The notes under the pieces were generated by a model, which ran no database searches, was not told where the DNA came from, and worked only from the letters and a program-made list of their open reading frames with translations. The position numbers and the translations under genes were made by a program. This document shows positions 9,864 through 19,277 of a stretch of DNA of 64,000 nt, one piece after another. The DNA is from an uncultured bacterium. Its GTDB lineage: Bacteria; Actinomycetota; Actinomycetes; S36-B12; CAIKAW01. Numbering within the stretch: position 1 is the first letter of the stretch; every line of letters starts with the position of its first letter. The stretch spans positions 34,168-98,167 of the forward strand of contig CAIKAW010000006.1 of assembly GCA_903825575.1 (NCBI GenBank), written 5' to 3'.

Positions 9864-11564
9864 ATGAGTCAGTCGACAGCGGGTGCGGCGAGCGTTGATA
9901 GCAAAGGCCTCAAGCCAGGGGCGCTTGGGCTCGTAGGCAGCGTTGTCGTCGGGATGGCTTCCACAGCACCGGCCTACTCGTTGGCTGCCAGCCTGGGCTT
10001 CGTGGTGGCTGCGGGCGCCGGTTTGAAGGCTCCGGCAATTATGTTGCTGGCGTTTGTTCCAATGTATTTCATCGCAGTGGCGTACAAGGAACTTAACGAA
10101 GCCGAGCCTGACTGCGGTACTACCTTCACCTGGGCGACGCGCGCGTTCGGACCAGTAGTTGGCTGGATGGGCGGTTGGGGAATCATCGCCGCCGACGTGA
10201 TCGTTATGGCGAACTTGGCCCAGGTTGCTGGCTCGTACTCCTACCAACTCGCTGATCAACTTGGCCTGCACAATTCCCTGGCCGGTAGCACTTTCTGGTC
10301 GACGGTCGCGGGTTTGATCTGGATCGCGATCATGACTTACATCTGCTACCGAGGAATCGAAGTATCGGCGCGGATTCAGTACGCCCTGTTGTCTATCGAG
10401 ATTGTCACGCTGGTGATTTTCGGGATATTTGCATTGAGCAAGGTTTACGGCGGGCACGGAGCGGCTTCTTCGGTGAAGCCCAGTCTTGCGTGGCTGTGGC
10501 CTGGCGGCCTATCGGTGTCCCAAGTAATCGCTCCCGCAGTGCTGGCGGCCGTCTTTATCTACTGGGGCTGGGACACCGCGGTAGCCACCAACGAAGAAGC
10601 CGACGACCCCGGCCGAACACCCGGTCGGGCTGCCGTGATCAGCACGATGCTGTTGCTGCTGACCTACATCCTGGTTTCCACGGCGGCGGTCTCATTTGCT
10701 GGTGTCGGCACCACTGGCATTGGTCTCGGCAACGCGGACAATTCCTCGGATGTGTTCAATGCCATTGGCCCTGAGCTGTATGGAACCAGTGTCATGGGCA
10801 AGATTGGCCTAGCCCTCTTGGCTATATCGATTCTGACGTCGGCGTCGGCTTCGACGCAGACAACGATCCTTCCAACTGCGCGTACGGCGCTCTCGATGGC
10901 CGTCTACCGGGCGATCCCAACCCGTTTTGCTCGGATCCACTCCAAGTACATGACTCCGACGTGGGCAACTATCGGAATGGGAATCGTTTCAGCAGTCTTC
11001 TACCTGGCGATGACTTGGCTCAGTCCGACGATCTTGCTTGCCTTGATCGGTGCAATCGGACTTCAGATCGCTTTCTACTACGGATTGACCGGTATTGCGT
11101 GCACGTGGTTCTACCGCAAGACCCTTACATCCTCAGTTCGACACTTTTTCATGCGCGGGCTCATCCCACTTGTCGGTGGTGTCTTCCTATTCGTGATGTT
11201 CCTGTATGCGACGAACACCTATGGCAAGGCCGACAACCTGACCGATGCGAGCGGAGCCAACGTCACGATCTTCGGCATCGGCGCAGTGGCCGTGGTGGGT
11301 GTCGGCGCACTAGTGCTTGGCTTGGTCCTGCTCGCCGTTCAGTGGATAGCCGCTCCGGCGTACTTCAAGGGCCAGACCCTGCCGCGCCGCAGTCACGGGG
11401 ACCTATTGCTGGTTGGCGAAGTGCCGCCTAGCGTCGATCCGTTGACACTTCCCGACTCCCGTGAAGCGACGATCATCGCGCCTGACCTGTCGAACTTGCC
11501 CGCTGGCCTTCAGGCCGTTGATCCCGTAACCGGCGAGACGTTCGATTCACCCGAATCTGGCTGA
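9864..11564 (+). CDS. APC superfamily amino acid/polyamine permease
   Basis: About 12 predicted TM segments with APC-like sequence (GSVVVGMASTAPAYSL...). The ATG at 9864 is preceded by gagggac. The track start at 9837 is an alternative. Confidence 0.8.
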   Translation: MSQSTAGAASVDSKGLKPGALGLVGSVVVGMASTAPAYSLAASLGFVVAAGAGLKAPAIMLLAFVPMYFIAVAYKELNEAEPDCGTTFTWATRAFGPVVGWMGGWGIIAADVIVMANLAQVAGSYSYQLADQLGLHNSLAGSTFWSTVAGLIWIAIMTYICYRGIEVSARIQYALLSIEIVTLVIFGIFALSKVYGGHGAASSVKPSLAWLWPGGLSVSQVIAPAVLAAVFIYWGWDTAVATNEEADDPGRTPGRAAVISTMLLLLTYILVSTAAVSFAGVGTTGIGLGNADNSSDVFNAIGPELYGTSVMGKIGLALLAISILTSASASTQTTILPTARTALSMAVYRAIPTRFARIHSKYMTPTWATIGMGIVSAVFYLAMTWLSPTILLALIGAIGLQIAFYYGLTGIACTWFYRKTLTSSVRHFFMRGLIPLVGGVFLFVMFLYATNTYGKADNLTDASGANVTIFGIGAVAVVGVGALVLGLVLLAVQWIAAPAYFKGQTLPRRSHGDLLLVGEVPPSVDPLTLPDSREATIIAPDLSNLPAGLQAVDPVTGETFDSPESG

Positions 11565-11591
11565 ATCAAGAAGCAAGTAGCCTTAGCCAGC

Positions 11592-12548
11592 GTGAGGTCC
11601 TTCCGTAACTGGTTGCGTCGACTGGCCGTGCTGGTTGCGGGTTTGGCGGTCCTGTTGACGCTGTCCTCTTTCGGTTACAACGCATTGACTGGCTCACCGG
11701 TAGCCGCACCGACTGGGCTGAAGTATGTCAAGACCGGATCGTTCCTCACTCGCTACAAGACCTGGGGTACGGCGGGTTCTCCGGTTGTTCTAGTTCACGG
11801 GTTTATCGAGTCCGCTGACACTTGGGATCCGGTGGCCGAGTTGCTGGCAACTAATCACCGCGTCTATGCGTACGACGAACTTGGGTTTGGCTATACGCAG
11901 CGAATCTCGCAGATCGATCTAGCCGCCGAAACCAAACAGCTGCTTGATTTCTTGGCCGAGATGGGGCTCACGCGCCCGCTCTTGGTGGGGCATTCAGCCG
12001 GCGCTGCCGTCATCGCCGAAGCAGCACTCCAAGACCCAACCGCCGTCGGGGGATTGGTGTTTCTTGACGGGGATGCGCTATCGCTGGGTGCTGGCCCGCC
12101 GGCCGCAGTGACTACGCTGATGATCAATCCATTCCGAACTACGTTTCTTCGGCTTGGGATTCGCTCGGACTACTTAATTCGAGCGGTCTACTCCTCTCAG
12201 TGTGGGCCTAGGTGCGCGCCTCTGGACGAGGCCGGGATTCAACAATGGCGCCGCCCGCTTCAAGTCCCGGGAGCGCTGGAGGGTTTGTGGTCGCTCAGTC
12301 GACACGGCGGGCTCGGACTGCCGATGTCCGAGGTGGCAAAGGTCAGCCTGTTGCCTGTGCCTAAGGGAGTCATCTTCGGAGCTGCAGATGTCGTCTTCGG
12401 AACGTCAGCGGCTGCGCAGACCGCCACGCGGATTGGCGCTCCGGCTCCCATCATCATCGCGGGCGCGCGTCACTTGACCTTGATCAGCCATGCCCAAGTT
12501 GTGGCGGCAGCAATTTCGGCCGTTGCTGCAAAGATTCGAGCCAGTTAA
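11592..12548 (+). CDS. Alpha/beta hydrolase
   Basis: 318 aa with an N-terminal signal/anchor, an HGF oxyanion region (VVLVHGFIES) and the nucleophile elbow VGHSAGA. Confidence 0.75.
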   Translation: MRSFRNWLRRLAVLVAGLAVLLTLSSFGYNALTGSPVAAPTGLKYVKTGSFLTRYKTWGTAGSPVVLVHGFIESADTWDPVAELLATNHRVYAYDELGFGYTQRISQIDLAAETKQLLDFLAEMGLTRPLLVGHSAGAAVIAEAALQDPTAVGGLVFLDGDALSLGAGPPAAVTTLMINPFRTTFLRLGIRSDYLIRAVYSSQCGPRCAPLDEAGIQQWRRPLQVPGALEGLWSLSRHGGLGLPMSEVAKVSLLPVPKGVIFGAADVVFGTSAAAQTATRIGAPAPIIIAGARHLTLISHAQVVAAAISAVAAKIRAS

Positions 12549-13387
12549 CTAGTGATGTCCTTCGTCGTGAAGCGAGCCCAGGCCAAGCTGCCAAAGATTG
12601 CAATGTAGCCCAGTTGCAGAGCTGACCAGGTAAGCAGCGTCCCAAAATTGATTTGCAGCCGAAGTAGTTCGCCGAATCCGAGCCAATTGTGAGTGAAAAG
12701 CCACTGTCTCGACGCGCCCAATTGGGGAACGGCGTCCAACACTTCGACGATGATCGTGACGGCAACGGTGGCCGCCATGGCCGCGATAGGACCTTCCGTG
12801 AGGGTGGAGATGAACAATCCAAGGGCAACCAAGCCGGTTAGGGCGAAGGTCACGTAAGCGATGACACCCAAAGTTCGGAGCACACCGGAACCGACTGAGA
12901 CCGTGTCTCCCGACAGCAGGGTGAGTGGGTGAATCCCAAACAAGATGGCCCCGGTGATCAGGCCAGATACGGCAACCATCGCCAAGGCAGCGGCGCTATA
13001 CGCAAGAACGGCCAAGGCCTTGACGGCCAGCAGCCTGCCCCGGCCCACAGGCACCGTGAGCAGGTATCTGAGGGTCCCTATGTTGGCTTCGCCGGCGATG
13101 CTGTCCCCGGCAACTACTCCGATTGCAAGTGGAAGAAACAAAGGTAGGCAAACGCTGAGTGCGGTGTAGACCAGAAATAGGCCGTTGCCGGTCACCTGCC
13201 CTAGGAAGTCTGGGCCAGCGCCAGGCGGCGGTGCTGAAACCTTCACGGCGATGCCAATGAGCGCCGGCGGCCCGGCCAGTACCGCGAGCAGGGCCTGGTT
13301 CCTTCGGCGTCGAAAGACCAGTGCCAACTCACTGCGGATTAGACGGCCGAGATGGCCTGGTTGCGTTGCCGGTTCAACTAGCGACAT
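12545..13387 (-). CDS. ABC-2 type transporter permease
   Basis: 280 aa with about 6 TM segments. Overlaps the upstream ATPase gene by 14 nt. Confidence 0.75.
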   Translation of the reverse strand: MSLVEPATQPGHLGRLIRSELALVFRRRRNQALLAVLAGPPALIGIAVKVSAPPPGAGPDFLGQVTGNGLFLVYTALSVCLPLFLPLAIGVVAGDSIAGEANIGTLRYLLTVPVGRGRLLAVKALAVLAYSAAALAMVAVSGLITGAILFGIHPLTLLSGDTVSVGSGVLRTLGVIAYVTFALTGLVALGLFISTLTEGPIAAMAATVAVTIIVEVLDAVPQLGASRQWLFTHNWLGFGELLRLQINFGTLLTWSALQLGYIAIFGSLAWARFTTKDITS

Positions 13388-14339
13388 CGAAACCCTCGCC
13401 GGTAAGGCTGACGAAAAGATCTTCGAGAGCAGGCCGGGTCTGGGAAATACCTAGAACTGGAACGTCCGCGTTGACCAGGGCCCGGGTGATTTCGTCAACC
13501 CCGTGGCCGCACATGTTGGCCGTAACCGTCCCCTTGCCTAGGCCGGCTAGAACGTCCGAAAGCCCCAGCCTCGAGAGCACATGTTGCGCCGGGCCCGTAG
13601 CGTTTGTGAACAACAGCAAGCGGGGTTCGGCGCCGGCGAGAACTTCAGTCAAGGTTCCTTGGGAGATCAGCCTTCCGGCGCTCATGATGCCCACATGGGT
13701 GGCCACCTGTTCGACCTCGGCCAGCAGGTGGCTCGACACCAAGATGGTCGCGCCGTCTGCGGCGAGGGAGCGAATTAGGTGGCGCACTTCGCGCGTGCCT
13801 TGCGGGTCAAGGCCATTTGTCGGTTCGTCCAAGATCAACAACTTCCGGGGTTGCAACAGCGCGGCGGCGATCCCCAAGCGTTGCTTCATTCCCAGCGAGT
13901 ACTGCCGGTAACGCTTCGAGGCCGCAGCGGAAAGGCCGACTCGGCTCAAGGATTCGGCTATGCGTTCGGAGCTGCTGTGCGGATTAGCTGTTCGATCAGC
14001 GGCGTCAAGGCGTCGTAGGTTATCGGCGCCCGTGAGATAGGGGTGAAATGCCGGACCTTCAATGAGCGCGCCTACGCTCGGCAATACGAGGGCAGCTGAG
14101 CGAGGCATCGCGGAACCAAGGAGGTGAATGCTGCCCTCGTGCGCTGAAATCAGTCCGAGCAACATGCGGATGGTTGTTGTCTTGCCGGAACCATTTGGAC
14201 CAAGAAAGCCGTAAACCGCTCCAACTGGTACCCGCAAACTGACTTGGTCCACAGCTACTTGGTGGCCGAATCGACGAGTTAGACCCTCGCTAGCAACTGC
14301 TAGCGCACCGCCCCCGATATCCGGTACGCCTTGGGTCAC
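13374..14339 (-). CDS. ABC transporter ATP-binding protein (ABC-2 / DrrA-like)
   Basis: Walker A GPNGSGKTT, signature YSLGMKQRL, Walker B LLILDEPTNGLD. Confidence 0.9.
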   Translation of the reverse strand: MTQGVPDIGGGALAVASEGLTRRFGHQVAVDQVSLRVPVGAVYGFLGPNGSGKTTTIRMLLGLISAHEGSIHLLGSAMPRSAALVLPSVGALIEGPAFHPYLTGADNLRRLDAADRTANPHSSSERIAESLSRVGLSAAASKRYRQYSLGMKQRLGIAAALLQPRKLLILDEPTNGLDPQGTREVRHLIRSLAADGATILVSSHLLAEVEQVATHVGIMSAGRLISQGTLTEVLAGAEPRLLLFTNATGPAQHVLSRLGLSDVLAGLGKGTVTANMCGHGVDEITRALVNADVPVLGISQTRPALEDLFVSLTGEGFDVAS

Positions 14340-15447
14340 AGGCCACGACCGCTGGCAGCAACTTGCTGCAGCGATGCTGGGGAAACTGCGCCCACGTAAA
14401 GCCGCCCATCAGATGTAAGGAGAGCCGAGAACAACGAGGTGCTCAGAATCCGCCCTTCCGGGACGCTGGTGGCGACGCGATTGACTAGGTCAAGCAAAGA
14501 AGCGCCAGGGCCGCCGCTGGTGGTGTTGGGCATGGCCACTTGCGTGGCAGCGAACACGGCTGTCCAACCAGTGCCAAGAAAGTTCGGTGATCCCGAAGGA
14601 GCGCTGGCGCCCGATGGCGCGGCGCCCAGCCCGCTCGAGTGCGTCGGGACATGACCTTCGGTCAGTTGCGCGCCCGCCGGAGTCTGAAAATCGAAAGTGG
14701 CGGCGGAAGGTGCTGCGAAGTCGATGGAGGTGAAACCGGTTTCGAAGGCGGGAGCGCCACCGTTTCGGCCGAAGATCTCTACCCGCAACGGCAAATTAGT
14801 GGTGCCATCAATCGCAATCGTGATGCGCCCGATCAAGGTGCGACTATCGCGCGGAGTCAGAACCAGTTGGTAGACGCCTCGATTGGCTACCCATTCGGTC
14901 GAGTCAACGCTGACCTGGGTCGACGGATCCAATCCGGACACAAGTTGATTGGCAACGGTTATTGGGTCAAGGATCGGATTGGCGGCTTGCGTTTGGTCAG
15001 CGGCCATCCGTGGGGTCAAGGCGCCTAGCTCATAGTGCGTCACAGCATTTGTCGCAGATCGATAAATCCAAAGGTCTGGTCCCGAGCGGATGATGTCGCT
15101 CTCGGAGAGTTGGCCCAGGACTGCTATTCGCTGGTGGGTCGGTCCGTCGATCCAGATTCGCAAGGTGTGGGACCCGGTCAGCGCGCTGGCGAGATCCAAG
15201 GACGATGCAGTGCGACCGTCGGACGGCAGTTCCGGCAGCCCTAGTCGGGCAGTTTCGACAATAGTTCCCGAAAGCACGTCCGTCTGTGCAGTGGCAATTG
15301 CTGCCAAAAGTGCCTGGGGAGTCCGAGGTGGCAGCCCCGGATGTCCGGCCCCACTGGCAACACCCGGCAGTATCGCGATACCGGCCGTCGCCACCAGTGC
15401 TCCGGTGGGGACTGCCCATTGCCACTTAACCCTGCTTGCCCAGGCCA
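14336..15447 (-). CDS. Secreted LolA/RseB-like (outer-membrane lipoprotein carrier fold) protein
   Basis: The C-terminal ~370 codons of the 614-aa track ORF. GTG at 15447 gives a signal-like N-terminus, VAWASRVKWQWAVPTGALVATAGIAILPGVASGA. The remaining upstream part is antisense to the histidine kinase. The start codon is uncertain. Confidence 0.55.
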
Positions 15448-15583
15448 CAAAACCATTATGCGCTCGACTTCCCGAAGCCGCATTTACGAATACAATTCGT
15501 GTCCAAACGGTTGCGCTTGGTAGGTTCCTCGCCGGTAACCTTGACCTGAGGGGTACCTGAGAGGAATAGGCGGGTGAGTCGCG

Positions 15584-17509
15584 GTGGCGAGGACTGTGCC
15601 CGGGCACTCCGACGCGACCCTGACCGCTGCAGCCCGCTGGACGCCTTCCCGGTATGAAGCCCTTGTGGCGGCGGCGTTGGACGCAATCGTCATCATCGAC
15701 AGTGACGGCCGGGTCATCGAGTTCAACCCTGCCGCTGAGGCCCTTTTCGGGTACAGCCACGACGATGTAGTCGGGCAACAGATGGAGAACCTGATCGTGC
15801 CCGAGCGTCTCCGCCATGCGCACAATGGCGGCATCGCGCGTTACCTTGCCACCGGAGAGGGTCCGGCGCTGAACCGTCGTGTGGAAGTGCCAGCAATCCG
15901 GGCCGATGGCACCGAAATCATCGTCGAACTCATTGCAATTCCCCTTGAGACAGACGGTCGCGTCGAGTTCGCCGCATTCCTGCGCGACTTGACCGAAGTT
16001 CGTCGGGCGAACGAATCGGTGGCCCGGTCGGAAGAGCGCTATCGGACGCTGATCAATCGGGCCCAACAAAGCATCTCCATTCTTGATGCCGATGGAAACT
16101 GGGTAACGTCGACCGGGTCGGCATTCCTTGGACATCCGGCAGGCTTCGACCCGCCTGGTGGCATCTTCGCGCTTATCCACGCAGACGATCGCGAACGCGC
16201 CCTTAGTGCCTTTGCCAATGTGGTGGCGGGGAGCCGAGCCCCTGACGAGATAAGCGACTTCCGAGTGCGCAATAGCGACGGCGAATACCGGACTTGCGCG
16301 GTCTCGGGGGAGAACTTGCTGGCTGATCCAAGTATCGAGGGGGTTGTCCTTCGAGCTTGGGACGTAACCGAGGAACGGGCTCGCGAATCGTTACTACGTA
16401 TGGTCAACGCACAACTTCGCACGGTCATAGGTGTATTGCCGCTAGCGGTCATGGTCGAGGACGCCCAGGATCGGGTCGCAATGGTCAACGAGCTCTTCGT
16501 CAAATTGATGAAATGGGACGGGTCGCCCGATGACTTGGTTGGCACAGACCTGCATGGGCCGTCTGTGTGGCCGGTGCACCTGTTTGAGGATCCGGTTGAG
16601 TATGCCCGCAGAGCACAGCAGCTTCACGATGAGCGCAACCGAGGAACAGACGAAATTAAGATGCTGGACGGTCGGGTCTTTCGACGAGACTGCATTCCGA
16701 TCGAAGTTGAGGGCTCGTTCGCCGGGTTACTTTGGATGTATCGCGAAGAGACCGAAGAATTCAACTACATGGCCGCGTTGGCAGAACAAAACCGGGCGTT
16801 AGAACAGTTGACCCGACTGAAGAACGAGTTTGTGGCGACGGTGTCTCATGAACTTCGCACGCCCTTGACTTCGGTGATCAGCTTCGGCGGGTTGCTGCGC
16901 GAACCAGAGGTCGGCGAGTTGAACGAGGAACAGAGTGGGTTGCTGGACGTCATCGATCGCAATGCCCAGCGACTCCTGCGCCTCATCGGCGACCTGCTGC
17001 TCCTGGCCAAACTCGAGTCGAACTCCCTATCCATCGAATTGGAGACTCTTGACCTGCCGACCATCGTGCTACACGCGGTCGCGGAAGTTGCACCCTCGGC
17101 GCGCCTGGGCGACGTCCTCGTAAGTGAGGAAATCGGGCTTGGCCCGCGATATGTAGGGGACGCAGTGCGACTGCATCAGGTGATGAACAATCTGTTAGAT
17201 AACGCCGTGAAGTTCACCCCAGCGGGGGGCAACGTGCGGGTTCATTTGAGCTCGGATCCGCAGGCTTGGACTCTGACAGTCGCCGATAGCGGGATCGGTA
17301 TTCCTGCAGGAGAACAACACCGGGTCTTCACAAGCTTCTACCGGGGATCAAACACTCGAGATCGCAAGGCGCCCGGCACTGGGCTGGGTTTGGCGATCAC
17401 CAAGGTGATCGTTGAACTCCACGGGGGTAGCATCAGCGTCGCAAGTGAGCAGGGGGTCGGCACGACCATGACCGTCATCCTTCCAATCAGGGCAGGGGGA
17501 GCGTCTTAG
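15584..17509 (+). CDS. Soluble PAS-domain sensor histidine kinase (three PAS-like modules, HisKA, HATPase_c)
   Basis: 641 aa with no TM segment. H-box VSHELRTPLTSV, N-box NLLDNAVKFTP and G-boxes DSGIGIP / GTGLGLAI. Confidence 0.9.
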   Translation: MARTVPGHSDATLTAAARWTPSRYEALVAAALDAIVIIDSDGRVIEFNPAAEALFGYSHDDVVGQQMENLIVPERLRHAHNGGIARYLATGEGPALNRRVEVPAIRADGTEIIVELIAIPLETDGRVEFAAFLRDLTEVRRANESVARSEERYRTLINRAQQSISILDADGNWVTSTGSAFLGHPAGFDPPGGIFALIHADDRERALSAFANVVAGSRAPDEISDFRVRNSDGEYRTCAVSGENLLADPSIEGVVLRAWDVTEERARESLLRMVNAQLRTVIGVLPLAVMVEDAQDRVAMVNELFVKLMKWDGSPDDLVGTDLHGPSVWPVHLFEDPVEYARRAQQLHDERNRGTDEIKMLDGRVFRRDCIPIEVEGSFAGLLWMYREETEEFNYMAALAEQNRALEQLTRLKNEFVATVSHELRTPLTSVISFGGLLREPEVGELNEEQSGLLDVIDRNAQRLLRLIGDLLLLAKLESNSLSIELETLDLPTIVLHAVAEVAPSARLGDVLVSEEIGLGPRYVGDAVRLHQVMNNLLDNAVKFTPAGGNVRVHLSSDPQAWTLTVADSGIGIPAGEQHRVFTSFYRGSNTRDRKAPGTGLGLAITKVIVELHGGSISVASEQGVGTTMTVILPIRAGGAS

Positions 17510-18201
17510 TGACCAAGATCCTTGTGGTCGAAGATGAGCCCGACATCTTCCAGGCCGTGCAAGCGATTCTGCAGCGACGCAATTTCGAGGTTGTAATGGC
17601 GGAAGACGGCCCGACCGCGTTACGACTGTTCTACGACATTCGACCCGACTTGATCATTCTTGATTTGGGACTTCCGGTGGTCGACGGTTGGCATGTGCTT
17701 TCTCGAATCCGTGATTTTGCCAACGTGCCGGTTATCATTCTGACGGCCGCTGGCCGCGATGAAGACAAGGTGCGAGGCTTGCGTTCTGGGGCCGATGACT
17801 ATCTGACCAAGCCGTTCTCCAATTCCGAATTGGTGGCTCGGGTGGAGGCATTGCTTCGACGCGCTGGAGACCCGCATTGGACCCAGCCGGAATTTGGCGA
17901 TGGCCAGTTGGTCATTTCGCCCGGTCGTCGGACCGTCACGGTAGACGGATTAGATGTGGCTCTGACGCCATTGGAGTTTCGGCTGCTATCAGTTTTGGTT
18001 CGAAACGCAGGCCAACTTCTCGGAGTTGAGCAGTTGCTTTCGCTGGTCTGGGAGGATTCCAGCGGTATTGGAGCCGAGCGTGTGAAGTACACAATCTTGA
18101 GACTACGACGCAAACTTGGTTGGGATGACCCCTCGTCGTCACCGATTGAGTCTGTTCGCGGTGCTGGCTATCGCTACAAATCGGTCCGAAGCGGCAGCTG
18201 A
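17509..18201 (+). CDS. OmpR/PhoB-family response regulator
   Basis: 230 aa. Receiver domain (KILVVEDEPD, LIILDLGLP, LTKPF) plus a winged-helix C-terminus (LTPLEFRLLSVL...VRGAGYRY). Its GTG overlaps the kinase TAG by 1 nt. Confidence 0.9.
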   Translation: MTKILVVEDEPDIFQAVQAILQRRNFEVVMAEDGPTALRLFYDIRPDLIILDLGLPVVDGWHVLSRIRDFANVPVIILTAAGRDEDKVRGLRSGADDYLTKPFSNSELVARVEALLRRAGDPHWTQPEFGDGQLVISPGRRTVTVDGLDVALTPLEFRLLSVLVRNAGQLLGVEQLLSLVWEDSSGIGAERVKYTILRLRRKLGWDDPSSSPIESVRGAGYRYKSVRSGS

Positions 18202-19262
18202 TGTCCAATAATCAGGACCTTGAACGGATCGCACGCATTCTGGTCGTGGAAGACGACGATGACCAGCGGACGTACCTCATGCATGTGCTTCGCCGCCTTG
18301 GCAACCTTGAACCGATCGGCGTCGGCGACCCTGAATCAGCGCTGGAACTGTTAGCAAATGAACACTGGGATCTACTCATAACCGACCTGATCTTGCCTGG
18401 ACGCAACGGGTTGAATCTGGCCGATGAGGCTCAGGAACACCACGGCGGTCTTCCGGTAATTGTCGTGACTGCGCACCCATCGTTTGAGACTGCGGTCGAA
18501 GCGGTGCGGGCCGGCGTCAGCGATTTCCTAGTCAAGCCCCTCGATGCTGACCGCCTGCTGGCTGCCGTTGACCGGGCGCTATCGGGTTTTCACCGAGTAA
18601 CTTCGCGGGTCCTTGCTATTGGCGCTCATCCAGACGACGTCGAACTCGGTTGCGGTGGGGCTTTGGCTCTACATCGAATCCACGGTGACGAGATAACGAT
18701 CTTGACGATGAGCCAAGGCGCTGAAACCCCGGACCTTGAACATCGGCTCAAGCAAGCTGCGCTGTCCGCGCAGCGACTGGGAGCCACCCTGATCATGCAC
18801 ACTCTTCGGGAAACGATGATCGCGGAGTCACCAACGGTAGATGAACTAATCGCCGCTGCGATCAGTGAGATCCGCCCAGACACGGTTTACGTGCACACAC
18901 CCCAAGACGTTGTAACCGACCACCGAGCTGTGAATGCAAGCACCCGCCGGGTGGCCCGAGCTGTGCCTAGATTGCTTTGCTATCAATCGCCTTCCTCGAC
19001 TGTGGATTTTCACCCGGTTGAGTTCATCGGAATCGATAATGGACTCGATTCGAAGCTAGGCGCATTGGGAGCATTCTTGGAAGCGGCCCCAGACCGCGAA
19101 TACCTGTCGCCTGAAATGGTTCGCGCAACAGCACGCTACTGGGGGCGGTTCGCGTCGGCGAAGTACGCCGAGCCATTTGAGGTAGTGCGGGACCGATTGG
19201 ACCGTCGTACGGATCGACTGGATTTGCCCGTCGGGCGTCCCACTCGCGCCGGGCGCGGCTGA
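18201..19262 (+). CDS. Response-regulator receiver domain fused to a PIG-L/LmbE-family deacetylase domain
   Basis: 353 aa. The N-terminus has ILVVEDDDD, DLLITDLILPG, VIVVTAH and FLVKP. The C-terminus has VLAIGAHPDDVELGCGG and a later TDH. Its ATG overlaps the upstream TGA (TGATG). Confidence 0.8.
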   Translation: MSNNQDLERIARILVVEDDDDQRTYLMHVLRRLGNLEPIGVGDPESALELLANEHWDLLITDLILPGRNGLNLADEAQEHHGGLPVIVVTAHPSFETAVEAVRAGVSDFLVKPLDADRLLAAVDRALSGFHRVTSRVLAIGAHPDDVELGCGGALALHRIHGDEITILTMSQGAETPDLEHRLKQAALSAQRLGATLIMHTLRETMIAESPTVDELIAAAISEIRPDTVYVHTPQDVVTDHRAVNASTRRVARAVPRLLCYQSPSSTVDFHPVEFIGIDNGLDSKLGALGAFLEAAPDREYLSPEMVRATARYWGRFASAKYAEPFEVVRDRLDRRTDRLDLPVGRPTRAGRG

Positions 19263-19277
19263 AACGAGCTAACCAGA

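Noticed and set aside
9792-10457. 221-aa minus-strand ORF
   Set aside because: It is antisense to the APC permease, whose TM pattern is clear, and it has no recognisable motifs.
15448-16180. N-terminal 244 codons of the 614-aa minus-strand ORF (14336..16180)
   Set aside because: This part is antisense to the well-supported PAS histidine kinase (from 15584). It has an Arg/Pro/Cys-rich composition typical of high-GC antisense frames. A signal-peptide-like start exists at 15447, so only 14336-15447 is kept.
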